A stretch of DNA of 58,424 bases from contig CAYZNI010000003.1 of assembly GCA_964479755.1 (NCBI GenBank), positions 1-58,424 on the forward strand. Direction: 5' to 3'. The number at the start of each line of letters is the position of its first letter. The first letter of the stretch is position 1. The translations under genes and the position numbers were made by a program. Below the pieces are notes generated by a model. It saw nothing but the letters and a program-made list of their open reading frames with translations. It had not been told where the DNA came from and made no database searches. This DNA comes from Candidatus Woesearchaeota archaeon. Lineage in GTDB: Archaea; Nanobdellota; Nanobdellia; Pacearchaeales; GW2011-AR1. Below are positions 36,448 through 45,162 of this stretch, one piece after another.

Positions 36448-38859
36448 TTAAGCTGTGGTAACTACCGGAGTAATTGCTGTAGCAACTGTTCCAGTGTACT
36501 TCTTGCCAGGCGTTGTGTCAACTGTTAGAGTTTTCAATGCAGTTGCAGCATTAGTTGTATCGCCAGCATTATAACCAGCTACTAATGTTGCTACCTTTCC
36601 TCCAGTTCTTGCGAAAGTCTGGATTAAGTATTGACCGTCTCCAACCATCGTTGCATCAGTGAAGCCCTGTCCGCAAAGAGCTGTTGCGCTTCCAAGAAGT
36701 TCAGCAGCCATTGTGTTGACGCAAGAGCCTCCAACAACAATTAAGTTTTGGTTGCTTAACGTTGCCGCTTCTGTGTCAGTGACTGGCACCGCCACAGTGG
36801 TTGTTCCTCCTCCTTCAGAGGATACCATTGCGTTAACTTCAGACAAGAATACATCTGCATAGGATTCATCACCGTGGTATGTAAGTTCAAGATCATCTTG
36901 ATCTCCGCCAGTGTCTCGCATTGTCTTTGTCGCCAAAGGCGAGTTCACATAGCCGATATATTTATCAGAACCATCGGCAGTTTCGAATTCATCGCTTCCG
37001 CTTAATGAAGCAAGTGAAATTCCGCTCACCGTAGGATCACCAGAGTTAGGGCTTAAAGTAGCCGTAAGTGATGCGCCATCGTTGATGTTTCCATCTTCAT
37101 CTTCCTCAGTGAAGTTCATTGTGAAGGATGTAGGAGGTGCATGAGTTATGTTAATTATTCCGTCACCTGTAGCGGTTACACTATCAACTGGTAGCTGTAT
37201 CTTCAAACCTTCTTTGGTGATTAATCTGTCAGCATAAGCCGTTGCAGATCCCGAACCAGATAAGGCAATAGTCGCAGCTTCAGTACCGCCGTTTTTAGTA
37301 GCAGCACTAAGAGTGACTTCTACATCACCCCAAGATTCAGTTTCTCCAATATCAAGTGTTTTAGTTGAACCGTCAGCTAGATTCTTGATAGTTGTAGTGT
37401 TCTTGGCAGGTGTGCTTGTATCAACTTTTGTGATTTGGAATAGATAGGACTCACCATCATCTCCGCTAATAGCTGTAGCCGGAATCCACTCTACATTATC
37501 AATGTTTGTAAGAGTTAATGTAGGGTCGCTTCCTGTCGCGGTAAGCAATTGCTTCGTTGATGAATCTCCCAATCCTGCAATTCCTGTTCCAGTACTATTA
37601 AGATATAAAAGATTCAAGTCAATATCGCCGTCCTTTATCTCAGTTCTTAACTTCCAGGAATCGCTTCCATCAGGCTCGACTTTTGTCATCTCCTCTTTTG
37701 GAAAGACAAATCCTCCCATCGAAATCTTGATTGTGTTGAAGCCAGGCATTACAAGGTCCTTTCCAGGAACAATCCAGGCGTCATCATCAAGATTCCATTC
37801 AAGAGTTATGCTGTCAAGGTCTGTGGAGCTGTTTGTTAAATAAGCAGTCACAATATGTGAGTAGCCATTAGCATCTTCATTAGCGCTAATATCCTCTCCA
37901 TTTACCTGAACTTCTTGTCCATTTTCCAAGACAATTTTTCCAGTTCCAAGAGTAAATGTCACTTTGCTTATTCCGCTATCTCTTGCGCTGTACAGGACAT
38001 CCTTGACTCCAATGTAGGTGTCTTCAGCTACTTTTTGGGTAGCTCCCTCCGTGAGTTTCTTTGTCGTAACTCCGTTGACTGTAAACATTGCTTCATTGTC
38101 ATCAATGAATGTTGCAGATACATCATAACTTTGGTCTCCAACTGTAACTGTCGTAGTTTCTCCTTCAGCAACAATTGCTTCATTAGCAGTGTCTAAAAGA
38201 GTCAACTTGACTCCATTAGCTGTGTTGTCTGCTTGAGAGATATAGAATGTTTTTCCAAGAAGGGTTATATCTGTTGTTTCAAGGTCATCAAAGTCAGTCG
38301 TTGTTCCTTCTGCAGCATCGCTAAAATCTAGAGTATAGTTCAATACATGAGCTCCCGAAGCAAGGTTTAATCCTATCTTAGGGTCATATTCATTAAACTC
38401 CGAATCTGCGAAGTGAGTTAATGTCAAAGCACTACCAGGTGTAATTGTTTGATCATAGTCAAACTCATCAAAATTGAGGTTTTGGTATGTTCCAGATGCA
38501 AGAACTGTTGACAATTCTCCATCATCCAGAGTGGAGTAAAAGTCCGTAAAGTCCTCTCCAAGGTTGAATTTATTGTTTGTTTTTTCAATCTTAACAAAAT
38601 CTCCCCCGCTGACTGTTGACTCTTCACCCGTTGATGTTCCGACAGAAGCAGTTAGTTTGCTGCTTAAATCAGATTGCACGCCAGTAGCTGCAACTAGATC
38701 TGATGCTGCTGCATCAGTACCTCCGTAAACTATAGCAACATTAGCAGTATTTCCGCTGACAAATGGCGCAGGATAGTTTGCTGCCGCAGCTATTCCAACT
38801 GTAGAACCAATCATTAAAGCGCTTGTAACCAAGCTAGCAATTTTTTTAAATTGTATCAT
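36448..38859 (-). CDS. S-layer protein (Methanococcus-type S_layer_N/S_layer_C-like ends)
   Basis: Sec signal peptide. N-terminus 'ANYPAPFVSGNTANVAIVYGGTDAAASDLVAA' and C-terminus 'NQNLIVVGGSCVNTMAAELLG'. Acidic, Thr/Ser/Gly-rich, with only 2 Cys and six N-x-S/T sequons. Strong AGGAGG Shine-Dalgarno, long leader and T-rich terminator. Confidence 0.75.
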   Translation of the reverse strand: MIQFKKIASLVTSALMIGSTVGIAAAANYPAPFVSGNTANVAIVYGGTDAAASDLVAATGVQSDLSSKLTASVGTSTGEESTVSGGDFVKIEKTNNKFNLGEDFTDFYSTLDDGELSTVLASGTYQNLNFDEFDYDQTITPGSALTLTHFADSEFNEYDPKIGLNLASGAHVLNYTLDFSDAAEGTTTDFDDLETTDITLLGKTFYISQADNTANGVKLTLLDTANEAIVAEGETTTVTVGDQSYDVSATFIDDNEAMFTVNGVTTKKLTEGATQKVAEDTYIGVKDVLYSARDSGISKVTFTLGTGKIVLENGQEVQVNGEDISANEDANGYSHIVTAYLTNSSTDLDSITLEWNLDDDAWIVPGKDLVMPGFNTIKISMGGFVFPKEEMTKVEPDGSDSWKLRTEIKDGDIDLNLLYLNSTGTGIAGLGDSSTKQLLTATGSDPTLTLTNIDNVEWIPATAISGDDGESYLFQITKVDTSTPAKNTTTIKNLADGSTKTLDIGETESWGDVEVTLSAATKNGGTEAATIALSGSGSATAYADRLITKEGLKIQLPVDSVTATGDGIINITHAPPTSFTMNFTEEDEDGNINDGASLTATLSPNSGDPTVSGISLASLSGSDEFETADGSDKYIGYVNSPLATKTMRDTGGDQDDLELTYHGDESYADVFLSEVNAMVSSEGGGTTTVAVPVTDTEAATLSNQNLIVVGGSCVNTMAAELLGSATALCGQGFTDATMVGDGQYLIQTFARTGGKVATLVAGYNAGDTTNAATALKTLTVDTTPGKKYTGTVATAITPVVTTA

Positions 38860-38945
38860 TTTTTTACTAGCCTCCTTTCAACTTTTTACCAATTTGCAGT
38901 CCCGCAGGACACCCCCTAAGGGAAGTCGTTTCCGACTCGCTATTG
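38860..38945 (-). promoter_or_regulatory. S-layer mRNA leader with Shine-Dalgarno and a GC-rich structured island
   Basis: Minus strand: AGGAGG ends 12 nt before the ATG. Positions 38897-38940 are GC-rich and contain AGUCG-GAAA-CGACU (GNRA loop), GUCC-UGCG-GGAC (UNCG-type loop) and CCC-UUA-GGG. Confidence 0.45.
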
Positions 38946-39152
38946 ATTAATTCCTTAGAGGAAAGTAGTTTAAAAAGCTTTCTATATTAATTGTCAATTT
39001 TCAACCTTTTACCCCGAAATTTTTAATTTTATTTATAAATTTGATGTTGTTACTAAGAAGTTTTTCATTTCATTTCATTTTTCATTTAGAGATATCTGAT
39101 TTTATACAAATATATGTTAGAAAAACACATATATCTTTGATTCATGCGAAAA

Positions 39153-39161
39153 CTATATATA
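39153..39161 (+). promoter_or_regulatory. TATA-like box for the wHTH gene
   Basis: 'CTATATATA' begins 32 nt upstream of the ATG at 39185. Confidence 0.4.
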
Positions 39162-39184
39162 GGAGAAAAAACCATATATGTAAA

Positions 39185-39541
39185 ATGGCAGAAAAAACTA
39201 AAACTCGGGAAGTAACAATTGTCGACGAGGGAGGCACGTTTAACACATTTTTTAAAATGTTCAAAACAGAACAGAGTTTCGATTTTGAAGGTCTCGCCAC
39301 CTTAAGGAAAATTTTGAGTAATGAGAAGGCAAAAATTCTTCACACTATCAAGGCAAAAAAACCAAAGTCGATTTACGAGCTTGCAAAACAGCTGGATCGG
39401 GATTTCAAGTCAGTCCTAGATGATGTCAAACTCCTCGTGAAATTCGGATTCATTGATATGATAGCCGAAAAAAGCGGCAAGCGAGAAAGGCTGCGCCCGA
39501 TTGTAGCTGTGGACTCAATGCACATTTACATTAAAATTTAA
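39185..39541 (+). CDS. Winged-helix (ArsR/MarR-like) DNA-binding protein
   Basis: 118 aa from the ATG at 39185. 'KILHTIKAKKPKSIYELAKQLDRDFKSVLDDVKLLVKFGFI' fits an HTH plus wing. Sits between the S-layer and pilin-like genes on the opposite strand. Confidence 0.6.
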   Translation: MAEKTKTREVTIVDEGGTFNTFFKMFKTEQSFDFEGLATLRKILSNEKAKILHTIKAKKPKSIYELAKQLDRDFKSVLDDVKLLVKFGFIDMIAEKSGKRERLRPIVAVDSMHIYIKI

Positions 39542-39790
39542 GATTATTATAGCCAAAGTTAAGTCAGCTCACCTTAAATTATCAATACCCATAAATCAAA
39601 ATCTCTAACTGTCACTTTCTCGATAAAAAGCCCTATAATAAATATTTTTTAGGGTAATATTGAAAAAATTAATTATATGAAAAGTATTAGGGATTTCTCT
39701 AATTTCCAATCAAAGTTTTCAAGTCAATAATTTAAATTTTAACATTCACAAAATGAACAATTGAGCTTTTTTTATTACTTCAATTTAAAT

Positions 39791-40276
39791 TTAGTTCAAG
39801 CAAATCTTTAAGTTAAAACTGACTTCCTGCAATGGTTTGCCCCCGCTTCCTCTAGAAGAACTGCAAGCACCTCCAGAACCTTGTGATACTAGTGTTGTGT
39901 TCCCGGCTTTTATTGTAAATCTATAGGCTCTATTCGGGCTGTTGCTCCCAAAAACCCACGAAGATTCTATTGCTTCTTTGGTAGAGTTCTTTAAAACCTC
40001 ACAAGCACTCTTTCCATTTTCACAAAGAGAGTTGCTTGTAGCGCAATTTGTTGCCAAATCCCCTAGGTTTTCATAACTAAATCCTTGATTAAGAGAACAA
40101 TCGCTGCTATATTGCATCATCGCCTCCACAAATTGCGAAACCTCAGAGCTCTCGACACTCAAGTCCTTGTTCTTTCCGCTAAGGTAAATCCCTAAAAAAA
40201 TGACAAGAATTACTGTAATAAGTAAAACTATCAATACAAATCCTACAATTTCCTCCTGTCCTTTTTTGCTTTTCAT
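39791..40276 (-). CDS. Class III signal-peptide (archaeal type IV pilin-like) protein, 6 Cys
   Basis: 'MKSKKGQ|EEIVGFVLIVLLITVILVIFLGIY' is a short basic leader, G-Q, then a hydrophobic helix. 4-nt overlap with the upstream gene. Confidence 0.65.
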   Translation of the reverse strand: MKSKKGQEEIVGFVLIVLLITVILVIFLGIYLSGKNKDLSVESSEVSQFVEAMMQYSSDCSLNQGFSYENLGDLATNCATSNSLCENGKSACEVLKNSTKEAIESSWVFGSNSPNRAYRFTIKAGNTTLVSQGSGGACSSSRGSGGKPLQEVSFNLKICLN

Positions 40277-40803
40277 TCTATTTTTTTGGCCGAAGCGTGA
40301 ATCTTCCCCATTTCATACTGATATTTCCCTAATTCCCTGTCCCAATAAGCCAAAGCTATAAAAGCACTTTTTGCATTTACACTGCCCCCATCATCCAATA
40401 CACTTATCTTATCACACTCTGGAAAATTGAATCTAGTGCACTCAACCTTTGGCTTCTCAGGGTAAACTATCTCTATCTGCAAATATCCCAGATTCCAAAA
40501 CTTGTTGTAAGTCCCAAACTGCTTGTTCAAGTCAGCCAGCATCAAAGACTTCTCCAAGTCAACGCAAGAATTGCAATCGCTGGAAGAAGTAAACGCTAAT
40601 TCAGGAGAAGATGCAAGTTTCTTTGCGAGTTCTCTGGCCTCATTTTCTCTAAGCGTGTTCGCGCTGTCTTTAAGTCCTGCCAGTGAAAAAACAACCACGA
40701 GTATCCCCACCATCGCGAAAAATACCACTAGCCCGACTAGCATAAACGCCATCTGCTGTATTTTCATCTGTCCCCTAGAACAGTCTGCAATCAAGCCCTT
40801 CAT
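40273..40803 (-). CDS. Class III signal-peptide (pilin-like) protein, 4 Cys in the mature part
   Basis: 'MKGLIADCSRGQ|MKIQQMAFMLVGLVVFFAMVGIL'. An alternative start at 40767 (AGGGGA Shine-Dalgarno) would remove the RGQ leader. Confidence 0.55.
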   Translation of the reverse strand: MKGLIADCSRGQMKIQQMAFMLVGLVVFFAMVGILVVVFSLAGLKDSANTLRENEARELAKKLASSPELAFTSSSDCNSCVDLEKSLMLADLNKQFGTYNKFWNLGYLQIEIVYPEKPKVECTRFNFPECDKISVLDDGGSVNAKSAFIALAYWDRELGKYQYEMGKIHASAKKIE

Positions 40804-41779
40804 TTTTCAGTTTCAAGTCCTCCGCTTCAATTTCCAATTGAGTTAAATCTCCGGTTAGAGAAATAGAACTTGATTTGTCGATATAATTCTGCAAAGAAAC
40901 CGGAAGCAGCGGCGCCGACCTGCACTTTCCAGTTGAAGTCAGGTAATTAGACTTTAACTTAAGCAGATTTGCCAAGTTTGAAGCCCTCGCCGCAAGCCTT
41001 CTATTCTCGCAATTGAACTTTTCTGGAGAAGAAAATATTGCCGCCAGCATAAGTCCATACTTGTTCGTGGGATCACTAGCATCTGTGTAACTTTCTTGCT
41101 GATTTCCAAATTCAGGGTAGCTGACAATGTTCCCGTTCTTCACAACAACATCGCAGTCTGAACCAGAAACATAGAAGCAAACTCTGATGCTTCCCACATC
41201 GCAACTCGAAACCGAGTTTACAAATGCAACATTCTTCTTGTCCACACCCGCATCTTTAAGTTCCTGCTCAAGTTCAGGAATTGTGTCAACAAAGCAATAT
41301 TTCTGTGTGTCGGGCCAGACAATTATCAAGTCAGCAATTTTAAACGGATATATAAGAGGCTTCGACAGCACATAAAACTCTTTTTCTGCCTCTATGTCAT
41401 CTCGCGCGAAAAGATATTTGTTGTGAAAGCTGCTGCTTACTCCTGGCTCTGGCTGCCAGGTCGACCCGACTCCAGATTTTACCAAAGCGCTTATTTTTTG
41501 TGTTCCAAATATATTTTCAGCACTTGGAGCAATGCAATCATTGAACAGCCTAGTATGCTGATTTCTTGGGAGCCCCAAAACTGCAAATTTTATATCTTCA
41601 AGCCCGGTCTCGCTCGGCGTCAGCAAATTCCCAATTTCTTTCGCCCTGGTCGTGTCGCTACCCAGTCTTCCAATTTCAACAATCTTGAACACAGCATAAA
41701 TCGCCAGGAAAATAATAAACGCTCCGACTAAAACCGCAAAAATCCAAGCAAAGCTGAACTCATATCCTTTCTTGTTCAT
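40775..41779 (-). CDS. Pilin-like or N-anchored surface protein, 8 Cys
   Basis: From the ATG at 41779: 'MNKKG|YEFSFAWIFAVLVGAFIIFLAIYAV'. 334 aa. Starts 1 nt after the upstream stop. Confidence 0.6.
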   Translation of the reverse strand: MNKKGYEFSFAWIFAVLVGAFIIFLAIYAVFKIVEIGRLGSDTTRAKEIGNLLTPSETGLEDIKFAVLGLPRNQHTRLFNDCIAPSAENIFGTQKISALVKSGVGSTWQPEPGVSSSFHNKYLFARDDIEAEKEFYVLSKPLIYPFKIADLIIVWPDTQKYCFVDTIPELEQELKDAGVDKKNVAFVNSVSSCDVGSIRVCFYVSGSDCDVVVKNGNIVSYPEFGNQQESYTDASDPTNKYGLMLAAIFSSPEKFNCENRRLAARASNLANLLKLKSNYLTSTGKCRSAPLLPVSLQNYIDKSSSISLTGDLTQLEIEAEDLKLKNEGLDCRLF

Positions 41780-41780
41780 T

Positions 41781-42308
41781 TTAAGTTTTGGAGAGTATGA
41801 CAAATATCCCATTATTAGAGGCTGAAGTCTCCAGGTTCACATTGAATTTTCCTTTGGTGTCTTTTGAAATACAGAAAAATCCTCCGGTAACTTTCACATG
41901 CTCCAGAACATTAGTGCACATGTCTCCGCCGCACGCTTTTTGCGGCGGATACATAAACACGTTGTTTCTTCCTCCATTGTCATCGCAATTGCTGTCTCTC
42001 AATGTTCTTTGCACGTTAGCATCTGCTCCTGAGACACTCTGGCTCAGGTTGCCAAAGCAAACTTTTTCAATTTTAGAGGGCAAATTGCCTTTGAAAACAT
42101 CCCTGTACTGGTCCGCATTCCACGCCTTGTCTATTTCGCCTTTCAAATCATTATAATACGTTCCTATTTTTCCGCAATTCGCAAGTTCCATAAAATGGGA
42201 AATTGCGTAAAATGCAACAGCAATAATCACAACTATTAAGATTATTGAGAAAATGACTCCATAGGACATTCCAAGGACTTCCTGCCCTCTTTTATTCTCT
42301 CTTTGCAT
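41781..42308 (-). CDS. Class III signal-peptide (pilin-like) protein, 6 Cys
   Basis: 'MQRENKRGQ|EVLGMSYGVIFSIILIVVIIAVAFYAI'. First gene of the four-gene string. Confidence 0.65.
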   Translation of the reverse strand: MQRENKRGQEVLGMSYGVIFSIILIVVIIAVAFYAISHFMELANCGKIGTYYNDLKGEIDKAWNADQYRDVFKGNLPSKIEKVCFGNLSQSVSGADANVQRTLRDSNCDDNGGRNNVFMYPPQKACGGDMCTNVLEHVKVTGGFFCISKDTKGKFNVNLETSASNNGIFVILSKT

Positions 42309-42596
42309 GCAACTAGAAACTTTCCCGCTTTAAATTTCTATCCCTTGAGGAATTCAAAACTTTTTGTCCTTCTATTTTATGATTATCTTGTCTGGAGTAA
42401 TCACATAATTTATATAATTACTGCAAACCCAAATGCTCGCCATCTAATTATTTTTAATTCCATTGATTGTTATACGAAATCTTCAAAATTACCCTTTAAA
42501 GAATTCTTCATGCTTCATTTTCAAATTTAATTGCAAGGAGAAATAATCATTCTTGGCGTTTTATCAAAGAAGCAACGCTTAGAATTTAATCGAAAA

Positions 42597-42875
42597 TTAC
42601 TTCTTCTCTAATCCTTTCAATGTCCCTGAAACTTTCAGAACTTTAATCTCCTCTTTAGACATTTCGAATGCAGCTCTTACGCTTTCAAGAGACTTTCTCT
42701 CAACAGCCAGGACTAGTTCGCCTTCTCTTTGAGAAACAAAAAACGGAACAGCCTTAGTCCACCCAAGAATCCCAATATAATCTAAAATTGCTCTTTCAAC
42801 AATTTCCTTTTTCTTAACTTTCAACAGCAAGTATCTCCTGTTCATTCTCGCAGAGGGTTTTAGTTTTAGTTTCAT
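42597..42875 (-). CDS. rnp2: RNase P protein component 2 (Pop5/Rpp14 family)
   Basis: 'LKPSARMNRRYLLLKV...ILDYIGILG' matches the Pop5 N-terminal pattern. Short at 92 aa. 4-nt overlap with the htrA-like gene. Confidence 0.65.
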   Translation of the reverse strand: MKLKLKPSARMNRRYLLLKVKKKEIVERAILDYIGILGWTKAVPFFVSQREGELVLAVERKSLESVRAAFEMSKEEIKVLKVSGTLKGLEKK

Positions 42876-43750
42876 TTTATCAAAGTGTTATTTGCAATCG
42901 AGTTGATTGCGTTTCTAACAGAATTGCTCTCAATCGCAAACCCAATTGCTTCAGCATCTCCTATCTTGAAATTATTCACACCGATTACTTTTCCTTGAAT
43001 ATTGATCAAAGGCCCTCCTGAATTTCCCGGATTTAGAGGCACGTCAGTCTGAATATATTCATTCAGGCCGTTTGGTCCAGGCCTATGCAATCCAGAAACA
43101 ATTCCCTCAGTTACTGTGTAAGACAGTCCTAGAGGATTTCCAATTGCGATTACTTTCTCTCCCACTTGAGTTTCATCAGAATTGGCAATGGAAATAGCGT
43201 CAAATGTTCCATTTGTTTTCAGCAACGCCAAGTCTCTACTTTCGTCTTTCCCCACTAATTGCGCTGTAAAAGAATTTCTGTCGAAATCAATGATTTTTAA
43301 CTTGCCAGCCGAATCAGAGACAACATGATAGTTCGTAACGATATATCCATTTTTATCGATGACAAAACCCGTACCTACAGATTTGTCAGTAGTCACAGTC
43401 ACGACAGACTTGACAGCACTCTGAATAACCTCAGTGAAGTCGTCTTTCGAAGTCTTTAGCAGGTTAATCTCTTGTTGAAAATCAGCCTTCTGAGAAGAGA
43501 GGAGTTTAGAAATATCGCTAAAACTTTCTTGATAGAGAGAATCATACTTTTGAATCATTGAGTCTGTATATTTCCTGGAATTTAATCCAGATTTTTGAAT
43601 GGCAGAATCAAGTTTCAAGTTCAGTTTGGAAACTTGTATGCTCACAAAAATTAATGATGCAATCTGTATTATCGCCAGCAGTACAACAAGCGAGTAAAGA
43701 ACATTCCTGTGCTTTCTATGACTTCTGTGCACATCTTTTTCAGATATCAT
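42872..43750 (-). CDS. Membrane-anchored trypsin-like serine protease (HtrA/DegP S1C, no PDZ)
   Basis: N-terminal TM. His region 'TNYHVV', 'DLALLK', and Ser motif 'GNSGGPLI'. Confidence 0.88.
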   Translation of the reverse strand: MISEKDVHRSHRKHRNVLYSLVVLLAIIQIASLIFVSIQVSKLNLKLDSAIQKSGLNSRKYTDSMIQKYDSLYQESFSDISKLLSSQKADFQQEINLLKTSKDDFTEVIQSAVKSVVTVTTDKSVGTGFVIDKNGYIVTNYHVVSDSAGKLKIIDFDRNSFTAQLVGKDESRDLALLKTNGTFDAISIANSDETQVGEKVIAIGNPLGLSYTVTEGIVSGLHRPGPNGLNEYIQTDVPLNPGNSGGPLINIQGKVIGVNNFKIGDAEAIGFAIESNSVRNAINSIANNTLIK

Positions 43751-43773
43751 CTCTCAATTTGGATTTTTATGCT

Positions 43774-43806
43774 TTTATAGTTTGCGAAGTCAATAACTTA
43801 TATAAA
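43774..43806. promoter_or_regulatory. Divergent TATA-like boxes for the htrA-like gene (-) and rnj (+)
   Basis: 'TTATATAAA' (43798-43806) begins 30 nt before the ATG at 43828. On the minus strand 'CTATAAAAG' (43774-43782) lies about 30 nt before the ATG at 43750. Confidence 0.45.
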
Positions 43807-43827
43807 CCGACTTTTTCTCCTGTATAA

Positions 43828-45162
43828 ATGAAAATACATGCAATTGGCGGATATGACGAAGTCGGAAAAAATATGACTGCCTTGGAAATAGATGACGATG
43901 TAATTCTCTTTGATTGTGGTCTGTTCTTGCCGGCCATAGTAGGAGTCAGTGAAAGAGAAAAAATCCCGACTGAAAAAGGAATGAGGAGCTTAGGTGCTTT
44001 GCCCAATGATCACTATCTAGACGATAAATCGCTAAGAGATAAAGTTCGGGCAATAGTGGTTTCTCATGCTCACTTGGACCATATAGGCGCAATTCCATAC
44101 ATTGCGCCAAGATACAACGCCCCAATAATAGGCACTCCCTACACAACCGAAGTTCTAAAAGTCCTGATGAAAGATAACAATCAATCAATAAAAAACAAAA
44201 TAATCACAATTAAGCTCGGGAATTCATTCAAGGTCAAAGGAAAAAGCGGAGATTATTTAATTGAATTAATCAGCATAACTCACTCAACTTTGGATTCCGC
44301 AATCGTGGCAGTCCATACAAAGGAGGGAGTCATCTTGTATGCAAACGACTATAAGCTGGACAACTCCCCAATATTAGGCCAGAAGCCTGACTATAAAAAA
44401 CTTAAAGACTTGTCAAAAAAAGGAATCAAAGCGCTCATTGTTGACTGCCTTTACGCTCCTGACGACAGAAAAACTCCCTCTGAAAAAATCGCCCGTGGCT
44501 TGCTTGAAGACGTTTTCTTCACGACTGAAAACAGGAACTCTGGAATGATAATCACCACTTTTTCATCGCATATAGCAAGACTTTCAACAATATCTGAATT
44601 CGGAAAGCGCCTAAGGCGTGAAGTAATTTTTCTCGGAAGAAGTCTCGGCAAATACACTCAAGCTGCAAAAAACATCGGTAAAGGCGGCTTTACCAAAAAC
44701 GTCAGAATTTTCACTTATAGAAGACAGGTAGAAAAAGCTCTTGAAAGAGTAAACAAAAACAAAAATCGTTACTTAGTTGTTTGTACAGGCCATCAGGGCG
44801 AGCCCGGTTCAATACTTGAAAGAATATCAAGAAATCAATTTAATTTCAGATTGTCAAAAGAAGACCAGATTATTTTCTCTTCGAAAACAATTCCAACTCC
44901 TCAAAACGAGGAAAACAGGAAAATGTTGGAAGAAAAACTTAGAAGATTTCAAGTCCGAATTTTTGACAATGTTCACGTTTCAGGCCATGGGGGCAGGGAA
45001 GATTTAAGGGATTTGATCAAACTCACAAGGCCGCAGCATGTAATTCCATCTCACGGCGATCTTAGCAAGACCTCTGCAGGTGCACGCCTTGCAGAAGAGA
45101 TGGGGTATAATTTAAATAAAACCGTTCACTTGATGTCTAATAGCTCAATGATAGAAATATGA
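43828..45162 (+). CDS. rnj: Archaeal RNase J (metallo-beta-lactamase/beta-CASP)
   Basis: 'MKIHAIGGYDEVGKNMTALE', 'SHAHLDHIGA' and a C-terminal 'HVSGHG' motif. 444 aa. Confidence 0.88.
   Translation: MKIHAIGGYDEVGKNMTALEIDDDVILFDCGLFLPAIVGVSEREKIPTEKGMRSLGALPNDHYLDDKSLRDKVRAIVVSHAHLDHIGAIPYIAPRYNAPIIGTPYTTEVLKVLMKDNNQSIKNKIITIKLGNSFKVKGKSGDYLIELISITHSTLDSAIVAVHTKEGVILYANDYKLDNSPILGQKPDYKKLKDLSKKGIKALIVDCLYAPDDRKTPSEKIARGLLEDVFFTTENRNSGMIITTFSSHIARLSTISEFGKRLRREVIFLGRSLGKYTQAAKNIGKGGFTKNVRIFTYRRQVEKALERVNKNKNRYLVVCTGHQGEPGSILERISRNQFNFRLSKEDQIIFSSKTIPTPQNEENRKMLEEKLRRFQVRIFDNVHVSGHGGREDLRDLIKLTRPQHVIPSHGDLSKTSAGARLAEEMGYNLNKTVHLMSNSSMIEI

Noticed and set aside
36659-38627. Short ORFs within or antisense to the S-layer gene (36659-36862, 37502-37843, 37915-38196, 38424-38627)
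   Set aside because: They are nested in a well-supported 803-aa secreted protein gene and have no independent signals.
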